DNA from: Chloroflexota bacterium
GTDB taxonomy: Bacteria; Chloroflexota; UBA11872
DNA: 64,000 nucleotides
Assembly: GCA_022820025.1 (NCBI GenBank)
Contig: JAJEGF010000011.1
Coordinates: 25,933-89,932, forward strand
Direction: 5' to 3'
The position numbers were made by a program, and so were the translations under genes. Of this stretch, positions 38,177 through 46,827 are shown one piece after another; the stretch's first letter is position 1, and every line of letters starts with the position of its first letter. The notes under the pieces are model-generated. The model saw only the letters and a list, made by a program, of their open reading frames with translations. It was not told the origin of the DNA and made no database searches.

Positions 38177-38950
38177 ATGACCGTCACCGCGCCTGAACTA
38201 AACGTCGTCGGTACCAGCCCGATCCGCCACGATGGCGTCGACAAGGTCACCGGTCACGCGGTCTTCGGCGTGGACGTACAGATTCCCGGCATGCTGCACG
38301 CCCAGGTCCTGCGCAGCCCTCACGCCCACGCGCGAATTACCCACATCGACACCTCGCTCGCCGAGGCTCTCCCAGGCGTCCTGGCCACCATGACGTCGGC
38401 CGACATGCCATTGACGCCCGCGGTTGGCCCCCAGGCCTTCGGCAACGCCATCCGTCTCAAGGCCATGAACGTCTTGGCACGCGACAAGGCGCTCTACCAC
38501 GGCCACGCCGTTGCGGCCGTGGCAGCAACCTCTCCCCATATCGAGACCTTTGCACAACGCCCCCTCGCCCTCGAAGGTGGGGCGGCTCTTGCTCCCTCTC
38601 CCTGTGGGAGAGGGTTGGGGTGAGTGGTCTTCCGGGCACACACCCCCGGGTTACGCAAGGGTCTCCATATCGCGGCGGAGGCCCTTCGCCTGATCGACGT
38701 CGAATACGACGTCCTCGACCCCGTCCTCGACGCCCAATCCGCCATCGCCCCCAGCGCCCCGATCCTGCATCCCGATCTGCGCATGGAAACCGCCGGCGAA
38801 TTCGCCGAGACCCCCGGCAACATCGCCAAGCACATAGTTCTTGAAGAGGGCGACGTAGAGGCCGGCTTTGCCGCGGCCGACGTGATCCTCGAGCGCAACT
38901 TCAGCACCTCCACCATCCACCAGGGCTACATCGAACCCCACAACGCCACC
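38177..38950 (+). pseudogene. Xanthine dehydrogenase-family Mo subunit, N-terminal fragment, MITE-interrupted and truncated
   Basis: Colinear with 42799-43443; interrupted at 38543-38665 (TGA at 38621-38623); homology ends after YIEPHNAT. Confidence 0.9.
38543..38665. mobile_element. MITE-like element, copy 2 (123 bp)
   Basis: Ends GAGACCTTTGC...GCAAGGGTCTC; 6-bp direct repeat CATATC at 38537-38542 and 38666-38671; the intact paralogue shows the empty site. Confidence 0.92.
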
Positions 38951-39306
38951 ACCGACTCGCCTCCGACCAGGCTCGTGCAGCCGATAAAGGCGGACACCGG
39001 CATGGCCTTCCCGAACGACTCCAGGTGCGCCCGCCCTACCGCCTCCGCGTCACGCTCGATGTCGGTCAGAAACACCCGCGTTCGCACGACGTCATCCAAC
39101 GTCGCGCCGGCCTCTTGCAGGGCCTTCTCGATAATCCCAATCGCGTGCTTCGCCTGCGCGTAGGCGTCCCCCGGTGCGTCGGGATGCTCGGGCGGCAGCG
39201 GGCCTGTAGTTCCGGCGATCCAGATATGCGGGCCGACGCGCACGGCGCGGGAGTAGCCGATTACGTCCTCGGTTGGCTTGCCTGACGAGATACGCTGACG
39301 CTCCAT
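38926..39306 (-). pseudogene. RidA-family protein, duplicate B, with its C-terminus replaced at the rearrangement junction
   Basis: Matches 35881-36276 up to VGGESV, then reads VALWGSM (antisense of the Mo-enzyme fragment) instead of LEIEADAYVADG. Confidence 0.8.
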
Positions 39307-39386
39307 GAGCGTGCTCCTGATCGTTCCGGGTCCGTGCATCGTGGCGGCAACTGCCGCGCGGACGCAATTCGATACGGACGAACGCG

Positions 39387-40814
39387 CTAGGTCAGCGAAT
39401 ACGCGTGCAACCGGGCCGCCCCATGAATGTGGAATCGCAGGCGAACCTGCCGCCGATCGCACGCGCCGAGTTCCATGCCCTGCCAGCTAGCCCGCGCCCG
39501 CACGTTATCGACCTCCAGCGGCACGCAGTCCTCGCGGCTGAATCCCGGAATCACCTCGCCCGTCTCCGCGTCCAGCACATCGACGTCCACCCAGCTCCGC
39601 CGCGCGATCACCTCGGCCACGTTCGCGGTCAGCCGCGTGTCCGCCTCTACTTCCAGCGGCGTCGTCTCCAGCGACCCCGAGATCTCCCTGTCCACCGTCT
39701 GCATGCACGTGAACCCATCCAGCCGCAGGTTCGCCAGGCCCAGCTGCGTCAGTCGAACGGACCCACTCTTCCCGGACCCGAACTCTTTGGGATAGTTGCG
39801 CGGCGGCCAGAGGCTCCAGTCCTCGCCCTGTCCGCTGTAGTAGATGTAGATCGTGTCGTCCTTGACGATGATGCGGTCGCCCACCACCAGGAAGCCCGCG
39901 TCCCACGTGCCCCGCTCGCCGCGTGGGACCACTTTGTCAGTCAGGCAGATGCGCGAGAAATGCTCACCGTCCTTGCTCACGGCCAGCCGCAAGTCCGCGG
40001 CGTACTGCCCAAACACACCCAGCCCGTTCGGCACGTACCAACCAGATTCGTAGACGGATATCCACCCTTTGCCATAGCGGTCCAGCGTCAGAAAGTGGTT
40101 CTCCTGCTCCAGCCCGTCCTTGGGATCGAGGAACGGATTGTCGGGACTGGGCGTGAACTTCTCGATGCTTGACCCGTATGCGATGAATTTGCCCCGCACC
40201 CGCTTCGGCCCCGGCTTGGCCGCCGGCACAAGCTCTTGCCAGATCAGGATGTATCGCCGATCCGGATCCGTGGCCTCCTCGTCCAGCGCCAGGACCACGA
40301 TGTCCGGACCATGCGCCAACGCCGGCAGGTCGACTTTCGGCCCCTTGGTCCAGTGAATGCCGTCTGGCGAATAGGCGGCGTGGGCCGGCTCGCTCGTTTC
40401 CAGGTGTTTCGTGACCATCTTGAACCGCCGGTCCGGGTCGGGCTCGGTCGGATCGCGCATGACCGCCCCCAGCATGTCCCAGCAGATGTTGTTGTCGGTG
40501 GACCCGTTGAACTCGTAGAGCCCCAGCTTCGGCTTGATCCAGCGGACGCCGTCCTCGCTGTAGGCATAGCCCATGCGCCGCCAGCTCAGGCGCTCCTGGT
40601 CGGCCCCGGTGTACCAGCACTTGAACAAGCCGTCGTCCGGGTCGTACAGCACCGTCCGCACCGACCACACGCTCGCCCGCACCGCGTCCCACTCGTCCAG
40701 CCGCCCCACCGGCAACACCGGGTTGGCCGGATGCTTCGTCGCCTCGCACACCCGCTGCTCCACGTTATGCGTGGCCGCAACTTCGTCCAGGTCAAGAAAC
40801 AGGTGCTTGTCCAT
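39387..40814 (-). CDS. Uncharacterised beta-propeller hydrolase-like protein (paralogue 3; duplicate B)
   Basis: Same length (1428 bp) as 36356-37783 and a near-identical protein. Confidence 0.85.
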   Translation of the reverse strand: MDKHLFLDLDEVAATHNVEQRVCEATKHPANPVLPVGRLDEWDAVRASVWSVRTVLYDPDDGLFKCWYTGADQERLSWRRMGYAYSEDGVRWIKPKLGLYEFNGSTDNNICWDMLGAVMRDPTEPDPDRRFKMVTKHLETSEPAHAAYSPDGIHWTKGPKVDLPALAHGPDIVVLALDEEATDPDRRYILIWQELVPAAKPGPKRVRGKFIAYGSSIEKFTPSPDNPFLDPKDGLEQENHFLTLDRYGKGWISVYESGWYVPNGLGVFGQYAADLRLAVSKDGEHFSRICLTDKVVPRGERGTWDAGFLVVGDRIIVKDDTIYIYYSGQGEDWSLWPPRNYPKEFGSGKSGSVRLTQLGLANLRLDGFTCMQTVDREISGSLETTPLEVEADTRLTANVAEVIARRSWVDVDVLDAETGEVIPGFSREDCVPLEVDNVRARASWQGMELGACDRRQVRLRFHIHGAARLHAYSLT

Positions 40815-40850
40815 CCGATCTGGCCTCCTGGAGGCGATCACGCCGTGCAT

Positions 40851-41060
40851 CTACGGAGTAGGCGTGTGCGTGGCTTGGTATCCGGCGCAGCTCACGGAAC
40901 TCACCCCACCGCACCGCTCCGGTGCGATGACCGAGTAATAGTCCTGCCGAACCAGCTTCTCGTCGCCCCCGCAGGCGGCAACCGTCAGCCCAACCAGCAC
41001 CGCCGCAATCGCCAGGCACACGCGCTGTCGGCTCCAGCGTGCTGACCGATAAGCGGACAT
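40851..41060 (-). CDS. Small lipoprotein, 69 aa (duplicate B)
   Basis: Lipobox VAAC, then GGDEKLVRQDYYSVIAPERCGGVSSVSCAGYQ identical to copy A. Confidence 0.75.
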   Translation of the reverse strand: MSAYRSARWSRQRVCLAIAAVLVGLTVAACGGDEKLVRQDYYSVIAPERCGGVSSVSCAGYQATHTPTP

Positions 41061-41210
41061 TGATGGCTCATTCCGCGGCTGGCGCTGCTGCCGTGAACCT
41101 ATCACGGCCCGCGCCGCGGACGGGCGCCGGCGTGAGAGCCGCGCTCGCGCAGGAGTGATTACAGACTGAATTCGCTTGGCTCAGACGTGCGTCCGGCCGA
41201 TCTGCTTCGG

Positions 41211-42572
41211 TTACGACAGCCCCGCAAAGAGGATCCGCCGCCGGCGCTGGCTCTCGCGTACCTGCTCGTCGATTTCGTCCGGCGACCATTCCTCGAGAAT
41301 CAGGGCGATGAGGTCGTCTCGGACACCGGCAAACGCCGGTCTCGAGGCCAGGTTCGTCACCTCGTTCGGATCCGCCTCCAGATCGAACAGCTCAGGCGCC
41401 TCTTCGTGGTAATAGTTCAACTTGAAACGCCCCCGCCGAACCATTCGCCCCGGCCGGTCCGTACCATGCGCCTCAAACTCGGCAAACACCGCCCGGCCTT
41501 CATCCAGTTCCGGGTCCAACAGGTTGTCGCCGACGATGCCGTCGGAATCCGCGCCCGCTGCGTCAACAATTGTTCGGGTGAGGTCAAGCAGCGAAACCGG
41601 CGTTTCCACCCGCGAACCGCCCTCGATCCGCCCCGGCCACGCCGCGATCAGCGGAACGCGCACCGACGGCTCGTAGAACGAGCTCTTCCACCACAACCCG
41701 TGCTCCCCAATCATCTCGCCGTGATCCGACGTGCAAACGACGAGCGTGTTCTCGCTTGCCCCGCTGGCCTCCAGGGCTTCCAGGACCCGCCCCACCTGCG
41801 CGTCCGTGAACGAGACCATGCCGTAATACGCCGCACGCGCGCGTCCGACCTCAGCGTCTGAAAGTCCCTCGGCGCCCAGAGACTCTCGAAAGCGTCGGCT
41901 CTGCGGATGCACCGCGTCGATCGGTTTCGCCGCCGCGTTCGGCTGATCCGCATGCGTGGGGTAATACCGGTCGAAATACTCCGACCGCACCGTCAGTGGC
42001 GTGTGCGGCAGGAACCAGCCCACCACGGCCGCCCACGGACCGTCCCGGCGTGCCGGGTTCGAAAGATAGGCCACGGCGGCCTCGGTTACGCCATCGTCGT
42101 AACGCTGCTGAAAGGTGTCGCCGGCGCCCGCGGTCTGAAGCCGTTTCCGCGTTCCCGGACGCGCCCGAATCGGAGCATCCCAATTGGGAAAACTCGAACC
42201 CATTTTGCCCGGACGCATTTCCGGGTGGATGCGTCGTGTGAATCCGTGCATCTGATTCGGCCCGCCGATGCTCATTCGCCCGCACAGCGTCGTCTCGTAG
42301 CCCGCGGCGTTTAGCCGGTGCGCCCACGTCGGCTCGCTGATCGGCAGCGGACACGAGTTGTCCCAGGCGCCAATGACGTGGACCGGCAGCCCCGTGAGAA
42401 ACGCGGAACGCGAAGGCACACAAAGCGGCGAAGGACAGTACGCGTTCTCGAACGTCATCCCGCGTTCGGCCAGGGTCTGGATCGCCGGGGTGCGGATGAA
42501 GGAATGACCGTACGGCGAACTCACCATCGGGTTGTGCTGGTCACTCATCAACACGAGCACGTTGGGTCGCAT
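41211..42572 (-). CDS. Cys-type sulfatase (choline-sulfatase-like)
   Basis: RPNVLVLMSDQH, CVPSRSAFLTG (CxPxR), TSDHGEM, KSSFYE and ELFDLEADPNE. Confidence 0.92.
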   Translation of the reverse strand: MRPNVLVLMSDQHNPMVSSPYGHSFIRTPAIQTLAERGMTFENAYCPSPLCVPSRSAFLTGLPVHVIGAWDNSCPLPISEPTWAHRLNAAGYETTLCGRMSIGGPNQMHGFTRRIHPEMRPGKMGSSFPNWDAPIRARPGTRKRLQTAGAGDTFQQRYDDGVTEAAVAYLSNPARRDGPWAAVVGWFLPHTPLTVRSEYFDRYYPTHADQPNAAAKPIDAVHPQSRRFRESLGAEGLSDAEVGRARAAYYGMVSFTDAQVGRVLEALEASGASENTLVVCTSDHGEMIGEHGLWWKSSFYEPSVRVPLIAAWPGRIEGGSRVETPVSLLDLTRTIVDAAGADSDGIVGDNLLDPELDEGRAVFAEFEAHGTDRPGRMVRRGRFKLNYYHEEAPELFDLEADPNEVTNLASRPAFAGVRDDLIALILEEWSPDEIDEQVRESQRRRRILFAGLS

Positions 42573-42798
42573 GTCAGCCCTCACCCGGTCCTATCCGGTG
42601 CCGGTCCCCATCCTGCCTCGAATGGCAGTGCCTCGCCGGGCCACCGAGCCGAGAGACCGATTATGCGTGGGACTTGCAACTGACCGGCTTTCGCACGACG
42701 TCGTGTCGGGCATCCGATCTCCCTTTGACGCGCCAGCGCACGGCTCCCTCGGCCGCATGCGAAAATCGGACACGACTCCGCGACCGGATGGATTACGC

Positions 42799-45060
42799 AT
42801 GGCAGTCACCACGCCGAAGCTGAATGTTGTTGGCACCAGCCCAATCCGCCACGACGGCGTCGACAAGGTCACCGGACACGCGGTCTTCGGCGTGGACGTC
42901 AGCATTCCCGGCATGCTGCATGCCCAGGTCCTGCGCAGCCCCCACGCCCACGCGCGCATCACCCGCATCGACACCTCGCACGCCGAGGCCCTGCCCGGTG
43001 TCCTCGCCACCATGACGTCGGCCGACATCCCATTGCCGCCGCTGGACGGCCCACAGGCCTTCGGCAACGCCATCCGCCTCAAGGCCATGAATGTCATGGC
43101 GCGCGACAAGGCCCTCTACCACGGCCACGCCGTGGCCGCCGTCGCCGCGACCTCTTCACACGTTGCCACTGAAGCCCTTCGCCTGATCGACGTCGACTAC
43201 GAGGTCCTCGACCCCGTCCTCGACGCCAAGTCCGCCATCGCCCCCAACGCACCCATCCTGCACCCCGACCTGCGCATGGAGACCGCCGGCGCGTTCGCCG
43301 ACGCCCCCGGCAACATTGCCAAGCACATCGTCCTCGAAGAAGGCGACATTGAGACCGGCTTCGCCGCCGCCGACCTGATCCTGGAACGCGACTTCAGCAC
43401 CTCCACCATCCACCAGGGCTACATCGAGCCCCACAACGCCACCGCCTTCTGGCGCGCCGACGGCACTCTCGAAATCCACTGCAGCACCCAGGGCCACTTC
43501 GGCGTCCGCAACGAGATCAGCCAGATGCTCGGCATCCCGATCTCCAACATCCGCGTCGTCCCCGCCGAAATCGGCGGCGGCTTCGGCGGCAAGCTCACCA
43601 ACTACGTCGCGCCCATCGCGGTCGTCCTCGCCCGCAAGGCCGGTCGACCCGTCAAGATCACCATGGACCGCACCGAGACTCTCCTCGGCACCGGCCCCGC
43701 CCCCGCCGCCTTCATCCGCTGCAAGATTGGCGCTACCTCGGCCGGCGACCTCACAGCCGCGCAACTTGAAATGCACTTCGAGGCCGGCGCCTTCCCCGGC
43801 TCCTCGGTCGGCGGCGCCGCCAATTGCGGCCTCGCCCCCTACAAGCTCCAGAACTTCCGCATCGACGGCTATGACGTCGTCGTAAACAAACCCAAGTCCC
43901 AGGCTTTCCGAGCCCCCGGCGCGCCCCAGGCGGCCTTCGCCGTCGAGGGCGTAATCGACGAGCTTTGCGAAACCCTCGGGATGGATCCCCTTGAATTCCG
44001 TCTCCGCAACGCCTCCGGCGAAGGCGACCTCCGCCCCAACGGCACCCGCTTCAACGACATCGGCAACAGCGAGCAGCTTCGAGTCGCCCGCGCCACCAGC
44101 CACTACCAGTCGCCTGTCGCTCGGCAGATCGGCCGCCTCTGCGGTCGCGGCGTGGCCTCCGGCTTCTGGGGTAACGGCGGCGGAACCTCATCCGCCACCG
44201 CCCGCCTCAACGGCGACGGCTCCGTCACCCTGCTTGAATCCTCCCCGGACATCGGCGGCACCCGCACCTCCATCGCCATGCAACTGGCTGAGACCCTCGG
44301 TATCGGCGCGGACCGCGTCCATCCCCGCATTCCTGATACCGACGCCATCGCCGAAGGCGGCAACGCCGCCGGCAGCCGCACCACCTTCGCCACCGGCTGG
44401 GCCGCCATCGAAGCCGGTCGCGATCTTCAAAGCAAGATGCGCGACGCCCTGGCCGACATCTGGGATGTGGCCGAGTCGACGATCGACGTATCGCTCGATG
44501 GCTTCGCCGCCAACGGCTACGCCGTCGACTTCGCCGAGGCCGCCCGCCTGATCGTCAGCGAGGGCGAGGCCCCCGTCGGCGTCGCTACCACAACCCCAAC
44601 CCTCCCCGGCCCCTCCTTCGCCACCCACATCGTCGACGTCGCCGTCGATCCCGAGACCGGCAAGGTCGACGTCCTTCGCTACACCGCCGTGCAGGACGTG
44701 GGCAAGGCCGTGTATCCGCCCTACGCCAGCAGTCAGATCGAAGGCGGCATCGCCCAAGGCATCGGCTGGGGAATCACCGAGGGCTACACCTACGACGACG
44801 CCGGCTGCATGACCAACACCTCGTTCCTGGACTACCGCATGCCCACCGCGCTGGACGTCCCGAACCTCGAAATCGTCATGGTCGAGTACCCGAATCCCGG
44901 CCATCCCTACGGCGTCCGCGGCGTCGGCGAACTGCCCATCGTCCCGCCCCTGGCCGCCCTCGCCAACGCCATCCACAACGCCACCGGTGGCCGCATCCGC
45001 CACCTTCCCGCCTCACCGGTGCGCGTGCTGGAAGCGGTGAACTCTGCCAAATCCGCCTAG
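42799..45060 (+). CDS. Xanthine dehydrogenase-family molybdopterin-binding subunit
   Basis: DGVDKVTG, LRSPHAHA, GGGFGGK, AFRAPG, QIEGG, DYRMPT and RGVGE; alternative ATG at 42757. Confidence 0.93.
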   Translation: MAVTTPKLNVVGTSPIRHDGVDKVTGHAVFGVDVSIPGMLHAQVLRSPHAHARITRIDTSHAEALPGVLATMTSADIPLPPLDGPQAFGNAIRLKAMNVMARDKALYHGHAVAAVAATSSHVATEALRLIDVDYEVLDPVLDAKSAIAPNAPILHPDLRMETAGAFADAPGNIAKHIVLEEGDIETGFAAADLILERDFSTSTIHQGYIEPHNATAFWRADGTLEIHCSTQGHFGVRNEISQMLGIPISNIRVVPAEIGGGFGGKLTNYVAPIAVVLARKAGRPVKITMDRTETLLGTGPAPAAFIRCKIGATSAGDLTAAQLEMHFEAGAFPGSSVGGAANCGLAPYKLQNFRIDGYDVVVNKPKSQAFRAPGAPQAAFAVEGVIDELCETLGMDPLEFRLRNASGEGDLRPNGTRFNDIGNSEQLRVARATSHYQSPVARQIGRLCGRGVASGFWGNGGGTSSATARLNGDGSVTLLESSPDIGGTRTSIAMQLAETLGIGADRVHPRIPDTDAIAEGGNAAGSRTTFATGWAAIEAGRDLQSKMRDALADIWDVAESTIDVSLDGFAANGYAVDFAEAARLIVSEGEAPVGVATTTPTLPGPSFATHIVDVAVDPETGKVDVLRYTAVQDVGKAVYPPYASSQIEGGIAQGIGWGITEGYTYDDAGCMTNTSFLDYRMPTALDVPNLEIVMVEYPNPGHPYGVRGVGELPIVPPLAALANAIHNATGGRIRHLPASPVRVLEAVNSAKSA

Positions 45061-45097
45061 CCCTCGGCCCCGTCCAACCACCCCGGAGGACCACCCA

Positions 45098-45997
45098 ATG
45101 CCAACCGACCTGCCCACCGCAACCCTCGGCCGCACCGGACTTGACATAACCCGCCTTGGCCACGGCGCCATGGAAATCCGCGGCGCCCCCCGCGGCCGCG
45201 ACATCAGCGACGACGATGCCCGCCGCATCCTCAACGCCGTGCTCGACTCAGGCATCACCTACATCGATACGTCCAACGACTACGGCCGCAGCGAGGAGCT
45301 GATGGGCCGCTTCATCGGCTCCCGCCGCGACGAGTACATCCTGGCCACCAAGTGCGGCTGCATCCCCGGCGGCGGCGAACACGTCTGGACCCGCCAGAAC
45401 ATGTTCCGCGGCCTCGAGGAGAGTCTGCGTCGCCTCAAGACCGACTACGTCGACGTCATGCAACTCCACAACGCCACTGTCGAGCAGTGCGAGGCCGAAG
45501 GCATCGTCGACACCCTCCAGGACATGCGCGCCCAGGGCAAAGTCCGCTGGATCGGCGCCTCAACCACGCTGCCGCACCTGCCCACCTACATCGAGTGGGG
45601 CGTCTTCGACGTCTTCCAGATCCCCTACGCCGCCGTCCTGCGCGAGCACGAGGAGTGGATCAGCAGGGCCGCCCAGGCCGGCATCGGCACCGTCATCCGC
45701 GGCGGCGTCGGCAAGGGCGAACCCGGGGTCGGTCTCGCAAGTGCCGATCGATGGGCTGCCTATGAGTGGGCCGGCCTGGACGACCTCCGCGATGAAGGCG
45801 AATCCCCCACCGCCTTCATGCTCCGCTACACCCTGTCGCACCCCGACGTCCACACCATCATCGCCGGCACCCTTAACCCCAACCACCTCGCCGAAAACGT
45901 CGCCACCGCCCAACGCGGCCCGCTTCCACCCGACACCTACGCCGAAGCCAAACGCCGCCTCGACCAGGCCGGCGAGTCACCAACCCCCGCGGACTGA
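45098..45997 (+). CDS. Aldo/keto reductase
   Basis: LGRTGL, IDTSNDYGRSE, LATK, SLRRLKTDYVDVMQLH and GKVRWIG. Confidence 0.93.
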   Translation: MPTDLPTATLGRTGLDITRLGHGAMEIRGAPRGRDISDDDARRILNAVLDSGITYIDTSNDYGRSEELMGRFIGSRRDEYILATKCGCIPGGGEHVWTRQNMFRGLEESLRRLKTDYVDVMQLHNATVEQCEAEGIVDTLQDMRAQGKVRWIGASTTLPHLPTYIEWGVFDVFQIPYAAVLREHEEWISRAAQAGIGTVIRGGVGKGEPGVGLASADRWAAYEWAGLDDLRDEGESPTAFMLRYTLSHPDVHTIIAGTLNPNHLAENVATAQRGPLPPDTYAEAKRRLDQAGESPTPAD

Positions 45998-46043
45998 CTC
46001 AGGCAGACCACGCCTTCGCTTCGTGGCTGGTCTGTCGCCGCGT

Positions 46044-46238
46044 CTAGGTCCAGAAACGGCTGATCACCGACACAATCGCGCCGCTGGCCACCGATGCGGC
46101 GACTACCGACCCAACCATCCACTTGATCAGGCGCGTCTCCAGCGCGTGCAAATCCGCCTTGGTTGCGACGGTGGCTACGATCGCATCAATTCTGGTCAGC
46201 CGACGCTCAATGTCGAGAGCGTGTAACTCGGCCGTCAT
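46044..46238 (-). CDS. Small membrane-anchored coiled-coil protein, fourth family member, 64 aa
   Basis: IERRL...ATKADL...LIKWM plus TM helix; RBS GGAGGAG; TATAAT at 46329-46324. Confidence 0.8.
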   Translation of the reverse strand: MTAELHALDIERRLTRIDAIVATVATKADLHALETRLIKWMVGSVVAASVASGAIVSVISRFWT

Positions 46239-46433
46239 CGGCTCCTCCGTGAACCTCAGTTCCGGATTCCTGTCGTCCGGACGATGGTGGCTCGCCACAC
46301 CGCCCAGCAAGAGAGCCTGCAAGATTATAGCCCTCAGGCCGTAACTCGAACCTCAGGACGGTGGGTCAGATCGAAGTGACGCGGACCCTTCCCTCGCGAG
46401 TCACCGCTGCCAGGTTGACTCCGTTAATTGAAT

Positions 46434-46475
46434 CGGGCCACGGTGCCGGACAAAGGAGTCCGGGGCCGTGGCCCG
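46434..46475 (-). terminator. GC-rich hairpin downstream of the selenoprotein gene
   Basis: CGGGCCACGG/CCGTGGCCCG outer stem and CCGGAC/GTCCGG inner stem; AT-rich tail on the minus strand. Confidence 0.6.
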
Positions 46476-46492
46476 TTCGTCGATCAGTTGAG

Positions 46493-46744
46493 CTAGCCCG
46501 AAATCGCCGCGCTCACCAGCGGCAGGACCTCGCCGTCCTCGGCGTGGCGTCCCAGCGCCTTCTTCGAGAACACCAGGTCCCCGTCGACGACCACCTCGAA
46601 CACGCCGCCGCCCGAAGGCATCAGCGTCATCTCGCCCACGTCGGTTCCATGCTCGCCCAATATCTCCTCCGTCGCACGGACGGCTTTAGGGAGATAGTTT
46701 CATTGGCTGCAGTATTCGATCGAAACTCGGGCGCCGCGTCCCAT
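46493..46744 (-). CDS. Rdx (SelW/SelT/SelH)-family selenoprotein, 83 aa, in-frame UGA read as Sec
   Basis: Manual translation MGRGARVSIEYCSQ(U)NYLPKAVRATEEILGEHGTDVGEMTLMPSGGGVFEVVVDGDLVFSKKALGRHAEDGEVLPLVSAAISG; TGA at 46702-46700 completes CxxU; RBS AAGGGAG. Confidence 0.92.
46661..46696 (-). promoter_or_regulatory. Bacterial SECIS-like hairpin
   Basis: Begins 3 nt after the UGA: lower stem UAUCUCC/GGAGAUA, upper stem CCGUC/GACGG and a G-containing apical loop CGUGC. Confidence 0.75.
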
Positions 46745-46827
46745 CGTGTGCTCCCTTGTGTGGCGGAGTCGCTGGCTAAACCAACCCATTGTCGCATGCT
46801 CGCCGCCCCCAACAACAATGGCGGGCC

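Noticed and set aside
38621-38623. In-frame TGA in the Mo-enzyme fragment as a possible selenocysteine
   Set aside because: It lies inside the MITE (GGGGTGAG core), aligns to no Cys, and the gene is truncated anyway.
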